Source: a virus
Lineage: Duplodnaviria > Caudoviricetes
Virus record (IMG/VR): IMGVR_UViG_3300037851_000590
Coordinates: 1-45,422 of that record
Strand: one strand, 5' to 3'
DNA length: 45,422 nt
The notes under the pieces are model-generated. The model did not search any database, was not told where the DNA came from, and was given only the letters and a program-made list of their open reading frames with translations. Within the stretch, counting starts at the first letter, position 1. Each line of letters opens with the position of its first letter. Made by a program: the position numbers and the translations under genes. This document shows, one piece after another, positions 18,025-26,692 of this stretch.

Positions 18025-19082
18025 CGCGTTCTCGGCACGCTAGTCGGCGTTCTCGTCTCCGAGGACCCGCCTCGGCTCGCCCTGGTGAGCGACCACGGGT
18101 CGCGCTGCCGCTGCGGGTCTGGGACGAACTCGGTGATCTCTGGTCCTCGCTTGGGCGAATCGGCAGGTCTCTGCGGGGATCCCGGAGCCTCCGCGCGGTA
18201 TGGCGTGGTGATCGACCACGGGTCACGCAGCGGGGGCAACACGGGTTCCAGAGCTGCGGGGACAGAGGAGTCGAACTTCTCAAGGGGCGTTCTCGTATCA
18301 TGGTCGCGCTGGACGACCCGGCGCGGCTCTGTCAACTCCCACGGATCCGTTTGTTCCTGCGGTTCTGGAATAAACTCGGTGATCGGCGGCGCCGGGTTGA
18401 GTTCCTCCGTCGGCCGGCGCGGGTTCGTCACCTCGGTATGCACAGAGCGTGGCGCGCCGAGTGACCACGGATCGACCTTGACCTCTGGCTCGAGCACGAC
18501 GGGCGGAAGCGGTTCGAGTTCCTCGGTTGGCCGGAACAGTGACGGCTCCTCTGACGTGACGTGGCGGGGAACCGTGAACGACCACGGGTCCTGTTGATCT
18601 TGCTTGGGGATGTACTCTCCGATGACTGGCGGTGGCGGCTCGAAATCCCCGGTCGGATGGAGCGGCGTTCGAGTTTCCGGCTCGACGCGTTGGACCGGGG
18701 TGAGCGACCACGGGTCGCACTGTTCCTGGCGCGCGGGAACGTACTCCTCGATCGGCACCGGCGGCGGGAGGGTCTCAGTGGCACGCAGCGGCTCGATCAC
18801 CTCACTCTCTACCCGCCGCGGCGACGTCAGGGACCACGGGTCGACCTGCTCCTGTGGCTCCGGAACGAACTCGACGACCTCTGGACCGCGCGGGACTGTC
18901 CCGGTCGGTCTAGGGGCCGCCGTCGTCGGGGGCGTCGCGAAGTCGCGTGCCCGGTTGCGCGACCAGCCATAGTCGTCCGGCGGCGTCATCCCGCCCCAGA
19001 TGCGCTTCGTGTCCGGGTCGTCCGGTCGCGCGTAGCGCTCCGGGTACCGGGCCCTGTCTCGCTGGTCTGTCGGTGTCGCCAT
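18021..19082 (-). CDS. Pro/Glu-rich protein with seven roughly 40-aa DPWS repeats
   Basis: Seven DPW(S/E)(L/F/I) units; coupled to the terL start. Confidence 0.7.
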   Translation of the reverse strand: MATPTDQRDRARYPERYARPDDPDTKRIWGGMTPPDDYGWSRNRARDFATPPTTAAPRPTGTVPRGPEVVEFVPEPQEQVDPWSLTSPRRVESEVIEPLRATETLPPPVPIEEYVPARQEQCDPWSLTPVQRVEPETRTPLHPTGDFEPPPPVIGEYIPKQDQQDPWSFTVPRHVTSEEPSLFRPTEELEPLPPVVLEPEVKVDPWSLGAPRSVHTEVTNPRRPTEELNPAPPITEFIPEPQEQTDPWELTEPRRVVQRDHDTRTPLEKFDSSVPAALEPVLPPLRDPWSITTPYRAEAPGSPQRPADSPKRGPEITEFVPDPQRQRDPWSLTRASRGGSSETRTPTSVPRTR

Positions 19083-19372
19083 CTTTTCTTCACTTCCTCT
19101 TTTTCTTCAACACTTTCACGGCGGAGGCCGGCTGGCTGAACCTGGTCTTGTCGCTCACTCGTCGTCCTCCACTCGCAGGAGCTGGATCACCTGCGATGCA
19201 GCGCCTCGCCGAAGAGGGTTCTGTACCGGCCGACACGGTACTGTACCGGGGAGCCTATGCGAAGGAGCTTCCGCGACGGGCTGAAAGAGGGGCCGTTCCA
19301 GAGGGATCCGGACGTGCTGTCGAAGGTGCCGGACGGCGACCCGAGCTTGCCGACCGAACGGGTGTCACCCAA

Positions 19373-19645
19373 TCACCACTCCGTTTTCGTCGGAACCCAC
19401 GGCGCCGCGTCCGGTTCGGTGTCGTCATCTTCCGCCCCGCTGTCCGGCACCAGCGACTCATAGCCGAACGGGATCGCCCCCTCGAACGCCACGTCCTCGC
19501 CCCGCGTCGGCCGCATATGCGAGACGTAGCCCTCCCAAAACTCCCCGGGAATCCCGTCCGGGAACGCGGCGCACGTCACCGGCGACGCGCTGTCCTTGTC
19601 GAAGTGCTTGCACAGGGTGCAAAGTGTAGGACGATCCGCGATCAC
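19373..19645 (-). CDS. Cys-motif protein (CxxCKH...CxAFPDGIP)
   Basis: This motif is commonly seen next to phage head-morphogenesis/MuF genes; coupled to the upstream gene. Confidence 0.65.
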   Translation of the reverse strand: MIADRPTLCTLCKHFDKDSASPVTCAAFPDGIPGEFWEGYVSHMRPTRGEDVAFEGAIPFGYESLVPDSGAEDDDTEPDAAPWVPTKTEW

Positions 19646-21222
19646 GACTTGCTCCTGATTCTAGCGAAGTATGCCTTCACCACTCGGTCCATCGCCTTGA
19701 CGGTAGGGTGCGCCTTCGTGCCCTTGTCGCCGTACTTGAGCATGGAGAACGTCTCCGCGAACAGCTCCAGGTCGTTCTTCCGAGCATACTCCGTCACCTT
19801 AGTCCGTCGCCGCGACTCGATGGCGGCGACCTCCTTCATGAACGCCTGCTTAATCTCCGGGTGCTGGAAGTCGAGCTGGTGCGCGAACTCGTGCCGCACG
19901 ACCGACGCGTAGCTGCGACTGCCGTCGTGGAAGTCGGGCTCCGCGTCTGACGTCTCGCGTAGCTTGCCCGCCCCGAAGCCTAGGTGTGCCGCCGTGAAGC
20001 TGGTGATCCCGTCCTTCCCGAACGTGATGCGGTCGCCGTGGCTGTACGCCGTCGCACCCATGCCACTGGCGTTCATCTTGATCTCCCGTACCGCTACCTC
20101 GGGGTACTCGTCGCGGAGGGTCTTGAACTCGTCATGCACCATCGTCAAGACGTGCTTGTCAGCGTTGCGCGGGAGGCCCTTGATGTCGGCTCCCGGGAAC
20201 ATCTTGCCCATCTTCGTCTTGAAGTCCTTGTTGTCTCGGATCGTTGCCTCGAAGCCCGGTTCGATCTCGACACGGTTCCCCTTCCGGTCCTTGTAGACTA
20301 CGGGACGGTCTGCGTACGGGACCGCGTCCGGGCTGACGCCGAGCCGCTTCGCGACAGCCAGCATCTCGGGGTCGTCGGGGCTCGCGTGGGTCCTCACGTA
20401 CGAGCCGCGGGACGTCATCCCGGCCTCGGAGTTGGCGTTGATGACCGCCAGCGATGCTGGCGACATCCCGCTGTATTGGGTCGCTGGGGTCTGCGTCGGC
20501 TCCTTCGCCTCGCCGCCGGCCGCCCGCTGCGCCATCCGCTCCTGGTCGCGGTCGTAGTTCTTGACCGCTCTCTCCGCGATCTCTGCGTCTCGCTGCGCGT
20601 CGCGGAGCTCGCCCTTGGCCCGCGACAGTTCGACGCTAGCCTCCTCCCGCCGCGCGGAGTTCTCAGGGCGCGCGCGGTAGTTCCGCTCGGCGTCCCACTT
20701 CTGCTGGTTCGCCACCTCCGTCGCCTGCTGCGCTTCGTGGTATGCCTGCGCGATCTCCTGCTGCCTCGGATTCAGCTCGGACATCGCCTGCTCATCGTCG
20801 GCAGCCGGCATCCGCAGGCCCTCACCGCGGCGGCCGCCGCCCGCCCGCTCCCAGTCCTCGAGCGCCTTAGCGCACTGTGCCTGGGCGTACTTGTACTGCG
20901 CGTCGGCAGCCTGATACTCCGGCGTGCGTCGCCCTTCAAACGCGACCTCGTTCAGCTTCGCCTCGAGGTCCCTGACGCGTGGTCCGAGTTCTTGCGCGCG
21001 CGCGCGCGCCTCCGTGGCCCGCTGCGTCCACTCAGCCTTCGAGCGCATGGTGAACACCGCGTCGGCAGACCGCTGCCGGAGAGCCCCCATGGCACGTTCG
21101 TACCGGCTTGAGGTGCGAGCGACTTGCCAGTCGCCGCGGGACACCGTGACGGGCCCCTGGCTCCCGCCGCGCGAGTCCGTCCACTGGTTTCCCCGGAACG
21201 GATGGCCCTGCTTGTCGCCCAC
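19642..21222 (-). CDS. GHPFRGNQ-tagged coiled-coil protein with C-terminal HEXXH zincin-like peptidase
   Basis: Start reassigned to the GTG at 21222 (after GGAG); VVRHEFAHQLD...TEYA..N..ELFAETF. Confidence 0.75.
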   Translation of the reverse strand: MGDKQGHPFRGNQWTDSRGGSQGPVTVSRGDWQVARTSSRYERAMGALRQRSADAVFTMRSKAEWTQRATEARARAQELGPRVRDLEAKLNEVAFEGRRTPEYQAADAQYKYAQAQCAKALEDWERAGGGRRGEGLRMPAADDEQAMSELNPRQQEIAQAYHEAQQATEVANQQKWDAERNYRARPENSARREEASVELSRAKGELRDAQRDAEIAERAVKNYDRDQERMAQRAAGGEAKEPTQTPATQYSGMSPASLAVINANSEAGMTSRGSYVRTHASPDDPEMLAVAKRLGVSPDAVPYADRPVVYKDRKGNRVEIEPGFEATIRDNKDFKTKMGKMFPGADIKGLPRNADKHVLTMVHDEFKTLRDEYPEVAVREIKMNASGMGATAYSHGDRITFGKDGITSFTAAHLGFGAGKLRETSDAEPDFHDGSRSYASVVRHEFAHQLDFQHPEIKQAFMKEVAAIESRRRTKVTEYARKNDLELFAETFSMLKYGDKGTKAHPTVKAMDRVVKAYFARIRSKS

Positions 21223-21226
21223 CGGA

Positions 21227-21511
21227 TCAGCTCCAACTCTTCTTCTGGGTACCGCTTCCCGAGTTCCCTCGCTGAGTTCCGGACCACTCCCGTCGGGTCC
21301 GCGCGGTGCTTTCCGCGCCGGCGGTCTTCTTCGCCCGCTCCAGCTCATCGTCAGCCAGCGAGCCGTTCGGCTTCAGCTCCGGGGCGACCCAGTTGAACCG
21401 GACGGGTGAACTCTTTAGCGCCACGCGGGCGAACTTCTCCTGGCGCGCCAGGACCTCGGCGTCGTACTCCCGGATGTCTGCGTCCGTCACCAGCACTTCG
21501 AAGTCTGTCAC
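21227..21511 (-). CDS. small hypothetical protein downstream of the zeta-like toxin
   Basis: Translationally coupled (GTGA overlap). Confidence 0.55.
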   Translation of the reverse strand: MTDFEVLVTDADIREYDAEVLARQEKFARVALKSSPVRFNWVAPELKPNGSLADDELERAKKTAGAESTARTRREWSGTQRGNSGSGTQKKSWS

Positions 21512-22635
21512 GGTTTCTTCCCCCAGATGCGGGCCCCGCTGAGCGCCCCGCGCTTTACCCGCGGCTCGACATCCGCGTCTTTCTCCACGACGCCGGCGGC
21601 GAAGGTTCGCAGCGCCCGGCGGTCCAGCGTCAAGTCGGACGGCGGCACCCCCGGGAGCGAGCGGACGGTCTTGCCGTTCTCGACGTAGACGAAGTTAGCC
21701 TTTCCCGCGTTAGCCTTACTGAACGCGTGGTGGTTCCGAGCCCCAAGGGCGTAGGAGTCGGCGAACACGGCGGCGTCGACCATCCGCCCGTCCTTCGTGT
21801 TGCGCGCCCGCGCCACGACGCCTCGCGGCGGGCGGCCCGACGCGGGGTCACCCTTGTCGGCCCAGGAAACTTTCGGGTCCGAGCTGACGTAAACGTACGT
21901 CACGGGGATGCCGCGCCTGGCCGCCTCCTTCAGGAGCCACGGGTTCTCCGTGGCGTTCTGGTCACCGGCGCTGTCCCACACGACGCCGTACCTCTTGACG
22001 TTCACCTCGGGGACCTTATCCGCCAGGTTCTTGAGCGCAAAACCCTTCCCTGCGCCGCAACCGCCGACGGTGACGAGCAACCCCTTCTGACGCTCCTCCG
22101 GCGACATCTGGTCGAGGTGAATCAAGAACGCGCGCTTCGTGACGGCGGATGCCGTCTGGTGGAGCGCAGTATTCATCGTGGCGCGGACCTCAGCCCTCTG
22201 CTCGCCGCTCAGCCCGTCGCCAGCCCACGGCGCGAAGAGATTCTTAGCCGCGTCAGCCTCGAATTTCACCGGCGGGCCGTCAGTCCTAACCATGCCGAGG
22301 TACTGCCGCGCCATCCCTCCGGGGTCCGCCTCGTAGGCGTCGGCGAACGCGCTCTCGGCTGCGCGCTCCTGCGGTGTCAAGTTCGGGAGCCGAGGGACTA
22401 CCGGAGGCGGCGGGACCTCGTGCGCACCCACGCCGACCCGCGCGCGGTCGGTGATACCGTCACCGTCAGTATCCTGCTCGACATCCGGGCGGTAGCCCTG
22501 CGGGGGAAGCGGCGCGGTCCCCGGCTCGGCCGCGATGTCGGCCCCGCCGCCGCCGGTACCGCCGCCCTCTTTCACCCACTGCCCGCCGTTATCTGCGCCC
22601 TTCGGCGCGCGCTCCTGACTCGGATTGTAACCCAT
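21508..22635 (-). CDS. zeta-toxin-like P-loop kinase with N-terminal RAPKG..NGGQW tag
   Basis: LLVTVGGCGAGKG (P-loop), VVWDS, RARNTKDGRMV. Confidence 0.65.
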   Translation of the reverse strand: MGYNPSQERAPKGADNGGQWVKEGGGTGGGGADIAAEPGTAPLPPQGYRPDVEQDTDGDGITDRARVGVGAHEVPPPPVVPRLPNLTPQERAAESAFADAYEADPGGMARQYLGMVRTDGPPVKFEADAAKNLFAPWAGDGLSGEQRAEVRATMNTALHQTASAVTKRAFLIHLDQMSPEERQKGLLVTVGGCGAGKGFALKNLADKVPEVNVKRYGVVWDSAGDQNATENPWLLKEAARRGIPVTYVYVSSDPKVSWADKGDPASGRPPRGVVARARNTKDGRMVDAAVFADSYALGARNHHAFSKANAGKANFVYVENGKTVRSLPGVPPSDLTLDRRALRTFAAGVVEKDADVEPRVKRGALSGARIWGKKP

Positions 22636-22742
22636 CCTTCTATTTTACTCCGTTCCCTCACTGCAGCCAATCAGCCAGCCGCAGGCCAGGCACACGTACT
22701 TGCAGTGCCCCAGGAACTTCATCGCCGTCCCGCAGACGCAGG

Positions 22743-23480
22743 TCACCGCGATCCCTCCAAGAACTGGTCGGGCACCGTCGCCCAATCTTCACCCACCACG
22801 AGCAGGGCGACGCCCTCGCCATGGAGCATCCAGACGTTGATCCCGACGACCTCGCCGCGCGCGTTGAGGACGCAAGACCCGCTGGACCCGCGACCCGGGG
22901 ACGCGCTGTAGACCAGCATCCCCGCGGTGCGCCCCGTCACCTTGACTTCGAGGGTCTCGTCACCAACACCCCCGCCGTACTTGAACCCGACGACGTAGAC
23001 CTTGTCGCCGATCTCAGGCGCCCGGTCCGCGCGGCGAAGGAATGCCGGGAAGATTTTGGTCCCCGAGACCACGCGGATCAAACTCAGATCACGCCGCTTG
23101 TCCGACCACTGCCACTGCGCGGTTCCCGTGTTCCCGAGCTGATCGCCCCACACCACGTAGGGCGCGAACCCGGCGCCCGGCCCCCACGCTGCTTCGCGCG
23201 TGACCGCGACGTGGTCGGCGGTCAGCGCGTCAGTCGGGCTGATCGGGCAGGCATGGCCGAGACCGTCCCGCGTCCAAAGACTGAGAATCCGGTCCTCTCC
23301 GATCACCCGGTAGACTGGCTTCGGAGTCGGACTCGGTGACGGGTTCGGGGTCGGGGATGCCTTCATCACCATCGGAACCGAGATAGAGACTGAGGCGCTG
23401 TACGCGACGAAGACCAGAAGCGCGAGCCCGAGGATAACGCCCGTCGCCAAACCTACCGCACGCGCCGCGATGCGGCTCAC
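22743..23480 (-). CDS. membrane-anchored trypsin-like serine protease
   Basis: N-terminal TM segment; catalytic triad TADHV, RDLSLI, GSSGS. Confidence 0.8.
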   Translation of the reverse strand: MSRIAARAVGLATGVILGLALLVFVAYSASVSISVPMVMKASPTPNPSPSPTPKPVYRVIGEDRILSLWTRDGLGHACPISPTDALTADHVAVTREAAWGPGAGFAPYVVWGDQLGNTGTAQWQWSDKRRDLSLIRVVSGTKIFPAFLRRADRAPEIGDKVYVVGFKYGGGVGDETLEVKVTGRTAGMLVYSASPGRGSSGSCVLNARGEVVGINVWMLHGEGVALLVVGEDWATVPDQFLEGSR

Positions 23481-23878
23481 TTCAGTTTCCTCTTCGCAGC
23501 CGAAAGCGACTTCTTGGTGATCGGGAGTTTCTTGAACTTGGCGCAGGTCGACTCGATCGCTTCGATCATTCGGTCCTTCTCGGTAGCCGCGTGCTCACCG
23601 AAATCAATCTTGAGATCGGACAGGTTGCCCTTGATCTCCGAAACCTCGGTCTGGACCTCGCGCACCGTGCCGTGGACGCTGGACAAGGAGTTCTTTATCT
23701 CCCTCCACTCGCCGTTGGGCATCGTGGCCTGCATGACGGCTATCGCCTCCCCGTGCTCCTTCGATTCCTTCTTCAGCTCGTCTGCGAGGTTCAGGAGCCT
23801 GTTCACTCCGAGAGCGGTTCCGCCGGTCAGGGCTGTCACGACTAGTCCGATTCCGGCTACGATGATCTCTTGACTCAC
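23477..23878 (-). CDS. TM plus coiled-coil protein (holin-like)
   Basis: GTG start at 23878; hydrophobic IIVAGIGLVVTAL followed by coiled coil; follows the endolysin. Confidence 0.5.
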   Translation of the reverse strand: MSQEIIVAGIGLVVTALTGGTALGVNRLLNLADELKKESKEHGEAIAVMQATMPNGEWREIKNSLSSVHGTVREVQTEVSEIKGNLSDLKIDFGEHAATEKDRMIEAIESTCAKFKKLPITKKSLSAAKRKLK

Positions 23879-23933
23879 GGTGCGGGCTCCAGTCTCGGCG
23901 TCTCGCCGGGTCTGACTGAGGTTTGACGAAGGG

Positions 23934-24392
23934 TTACACGAACAGGCGCTGGATCGCCAAAATCCGCGCCTTAGGAAACGACTGTATACTGACGCTGTTG
24001 GACTGGTTTCCGCCGAGAACGAGGACGCGATCAGGGCCATCCCATCCCGCGAAGAAACCGACGTGCCCCTGGGCGGCGAGAACCTCTACGCCTGGCTGCG
24101 GTCCGTCGCCACGCTGCAGGATCACCACGTCGTAGCCCGGTGTCGCTTGCGCGAGGTCGATCCGCGCGCCTACTGCCAGCCAGCTGCGGGCCGCCGCGCT
24201 CTTCGAACGAGGCAGAGACAGCTCCCACGTCATCCCATTCGCGAACGCGGAACACCACGCGATTTCGTCCGGCGTCTCTATCGTGAACCCCGTGCAGAGC
24301 GAGAGCCACCACTGGATCAGCGGGTGGTCCTTGCCCGGAGCGGACAACTCCTTAACCCCGACGTACCTCTGTGCCAGCTGGAACGGGGTCAC
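23934..24392 (-). CDS. TIGR02594-family NlpC/P60-like peptidoglycan hydrolase (putative endolysin)
   Basis: DEIAWCSAFAN, SAAARSW, GHVGF, VLGGNQSNSV. Confidence 0.85.
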   Translation of the reverse strand: MTPFQLAQRYVGVKELSAPGKDHPLIQWWLSLCTGFTIETPDEIAWCSAFANGMTWELSLPRSKSAAARSWLAVGARIDLAQATPGYDVVILQRGDGPQPGVEVLAAQGHVGFFAGWDGPDRVLVLGGNQSNSVSIQSFPKARILAIQRLFV

Positions 24393-24625
24393 TCGGCCTC
24401 CCCGTGCGCGGCCATCTCGAGCGCGCGGAAGTGCGCGAGGGCCTTGGCCTTGTCCCTGCCGTGATCGCCGCCTGGCACGACCTTGCCGCTGTCGCGCTTC
24501 ACGACGAACCAGCGCCTGCTCCTCCGAACTACGGAATAGGGGTTCCCTTCAGCCTCGACGACCTCGCTGTAGGGATCTTCGCTGTCGTCCAAGAACCAGC
24601 CGCCGTCTGGTGTTTCCGGCATCAC
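24389..24625 (-). CDS. small hypothetical protein (ALAHFRALE family)
   Basis: PYSVVRR..WFVVK..SG...GDHG...ALAHFRALE. Confidence 0.6.
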   Translation of the reverse strand: MMPETPDGGWFLDDSEDPYSEVVEAEGNPYSVVRRSRRWFVVKRDSGKVVPGGDHGRDKAKALAHFRALEMAAHGEAE

Positions 24626-25284
24626 TTTCTCCTCGCCTTCTTGTAGTACACGCCCATGTGCGCGTAGGCCTTCGCGAACTGCTTCATGATAATCTCCTGC
24701 TCAATCGGGTATCCGGCGTTGGCCTCCTCTACCGTGATCTGCCCCGTCCCGATCAACATCCGTGTGTTGTTCTGGATGTCGTCACGGATGGAGTGGTAAG
24801 TCGTGAGCATCCCGTCGGTCCAACCTTTCGACCCGACTCCGAGCCGGTATAGCGACCCGTCGCGGCCGACTGCCCGGATCTCTCGGAGCCCCTTCAACAC
24901 TGCCAGTTGAACATCATCGTCGCTGAAAGAGCTGCTGCTCGGGTGGTTATGAGTGAGGACGCCGCCGCGTAACTTCTCGACCTCCTCCGGCGTGAAGGTC
25001 ACGGAGCGCTCGTCGCCAGACTTGCGTAAGAGAACCTTGCCGGAACTGTCGAGGACGACCGCCGTCTCCCAAGTTTGGGCGTAGATCGAAGCCTCGTGCT
25101 CCGCGAGGAGTCGGCGCCCCGTGTCCGTCATCTCACCGGTCGGGTCGTCGTCAGGGGTCGGTGCCGCCCCGCTCGCGGCGGGCATGTAGTCTCCGCGTTG
25201 GACTACGGCGGTCGTCCCGCCGCCGTGCGAGACGCGGTCCGTCCATTGGTTGCCCCTGAACGGGTGGCCCTGCTTGTCACCCAC
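24622..25284 (-). CDS. GHPFRGNQ-tagged protein with JAB/MPN-like domain
   Basis: Start reassigned to the GTG at 25284; E...LTHNHPSSSSFSDDD motif. Confidence 0.7.
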   Translation of the reverse strand: MGDKQGHPFRGNQWTDRVSHGGGTTAVVQRGDYMPAASGAAPTPDDDPTGEMTDTGRRLLAEHEASIYAQTWETAVVLDSSGKVLLRKSGDERSVTFTPEEVEKLRGGVLTHNHPSSSSFSDDDVQLAVLKGLREIRAVGRDGSLYRLGVGSKGWTDGMLTTYHSIRDDIQNNTRMLIGTGQITVEEANAGYPIEQEIIMKQFAKAYAHMGVYYKKARRK

Positions 25285-25645
25285 CAGAAGCTTCCTTCTC
25301 ACCGGGTTCGTCATGCTTCTTGGACTCGCAGCCCGGGCGAGCGCGTTCCCAGCGATCCTTCAGCTTAGAGTTCTCTCGCGACTGCCATACCATGTTCTCC
25401 GGGACGTCAGGTCCTCCGCATGCGAGAGGAAAGATGTGGTCGATCACGTACCCCGGGCGCCCGTTAACAAAACCGGTACACCTCTTGAACTCACGGATTG
25501 CCTCACGTGACCGGATCAGCTCCCCGGTCTTCGCATGGCGGACGCGGTAAGGCAGGAGCTTTTCAGGGAATGGACAAGTCTCCAGCCCGACCGCTCCGGG
25601 GCGGGAGCCAGATAGCATCGCGACGAGGAGGAACTCTGCGATCAC
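25277..25645 (-). CDS. HNH endonuclease-like protein
   Basis: GYVIDHIFPLACGGPDVPENMVWQ...N..KD. Confidence 0.75.
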   Translation of the reverse strand: MIAEFLLVAMLSGSRPGAVGLETCPFPEKLLPYRVRHAKTGELIRSREAIREFKRCTGFVNGRPGYVIDHIFPLACGGPDVPENMVWQSRENSKLKDRWERARPGCESKKHDEPGEKEASGG

Positions 25646-25875
25646 TGGTACGCGTCCCCGCTGTCGTCGCTCTTCTCAGAGCGATCAGCTAGCCGGGAGA
25701 GCGCGTCGATATACTCCCGGGTCATCTGTTCGTTGATCTTACGCTCCTCGCTGCGCTTGAACATCGCGAACAGGAGTGCGTACAGCTTGGCAGCCTCGGC
25801 CACCACCAGGAGGATGAAGTACAGTACGACGCACCAGCCGAGCGCGACGAGGACGGCGTTCAGTTCCTGGCTCAT
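25642..25875 (-). CDS. small membrane protein
   Basis: Long hydrophobic segment; coupled start and stop. Confidence 0.55.
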   Translation of the reverse strand: MSQELNAVLVALGWCVVLYFILLVVAEAAKLYALLFAMFKRSEERKINEQMTREYIDALSRLADRSEKSDDSGDAYQ

Positions 25876-26084
25876 CGTTCCTCCCGGGCCCTCGCCATCA
25901 TGAGACTGCTGAAGTACCCGATCGCCGAGATCTGGGCCTTGAGCCCCTTCCCGTAGTTCTTCTTCACGCCGACTCCCTGGAGCACGACCCAGTCGCCTCC
26001 TCGGTTCACTACCGAGTGCGTCGTCGACTGGATCAGAACTAGGTCATCGTAAGGTCCACGTTGCACCGTGCTCACTTCGTCCAC
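25872..26084 (-). CDS. small hypothetical protein
   Basis: Tightly packed operon position. Confidence 0.5.
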   Translation of the reverse strand: MDEVSTVQRGPYDDLVLIQSTTHSVVNRGGDWVVLQGVGVKKNYGKGLKAQISAIGYFSSLMMARAREER

Positions 26085-26692
26085 CTCCCGCCCGTCGGCT
26101 GGCCGGCGGGAACGCGCTTCTGGTCCACGCCGCCCGCCTTGCGCTTCTCAGCGCCGTGGTGCCTGGCGAGCTGCAGCGCGAACTTGCGCTCGCTGCCCTT
26201 CAGACCCTTCGCGATCTCCAACGCGGCTCGCTGGCGCGCGGCGTGGTACTTAGCGCGGCCGCCGGGGGTGTCGACCACGTGGAGGGACGCGTTCGTAGTC
26301 TTCTCAGCCCGCGGGTCCTGGCTCTCGAGCGCGTCCTTGACGTTGCGCCTCCGCCTCCAGTCGCGGTACTCCTGGGCCGCCTTCTCCCTCTGCTCCGGGG
26401 AGATCTCGTCCAGGTCGACCACCCGCGTCCTCGGCTCCGCGTTTGGCTGCGGTGGAGTCGCGGGGATCGCGTTCTCGCGTTTGAGGTGATCGAGATCGGG
26501 GGCTGCCGGAATCGGAGGGCCCGAGATCACCTTGAACTTCGGTTCGACGTTCGCGTCCGTGATGACTTGGAACCTCGGTTCGGCGCGGGTCTGGATATAG
26601 ACCTTAGCCGGCGCGGTGCGCGTCCAGTCCGCGATGGCCTTGCCTTTCCTCGTATACTTGACGCGGGGGGTGTCCTTGCCGAATTTCGCCAT
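26072..26692 (-). CDS. basic protein with internal PDLDHLKRENA module and C-terminal RVPAG..GGRW tag
   Basis: Motifs visible in translation. Confidence 0.75.
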   Translation of the reverse strand: MAKFGKDTPRVKYTRKGKAIADWTRTAPAKVYIQTRAEPRFQVITDANVEPKFKVISGPPIPAAPDLDHLKRENAIPATPPQPNAEPRTRVVDLDEISPEQREKAAQEYRDWRRRRNVKDALESQDPRAEKTTNASLHVVDTPGGRAKYHAARQRAALEIAKGLKGSERKFALQLARHHGAEKRKAGGVDQKRVPAGQPTGGRWTK

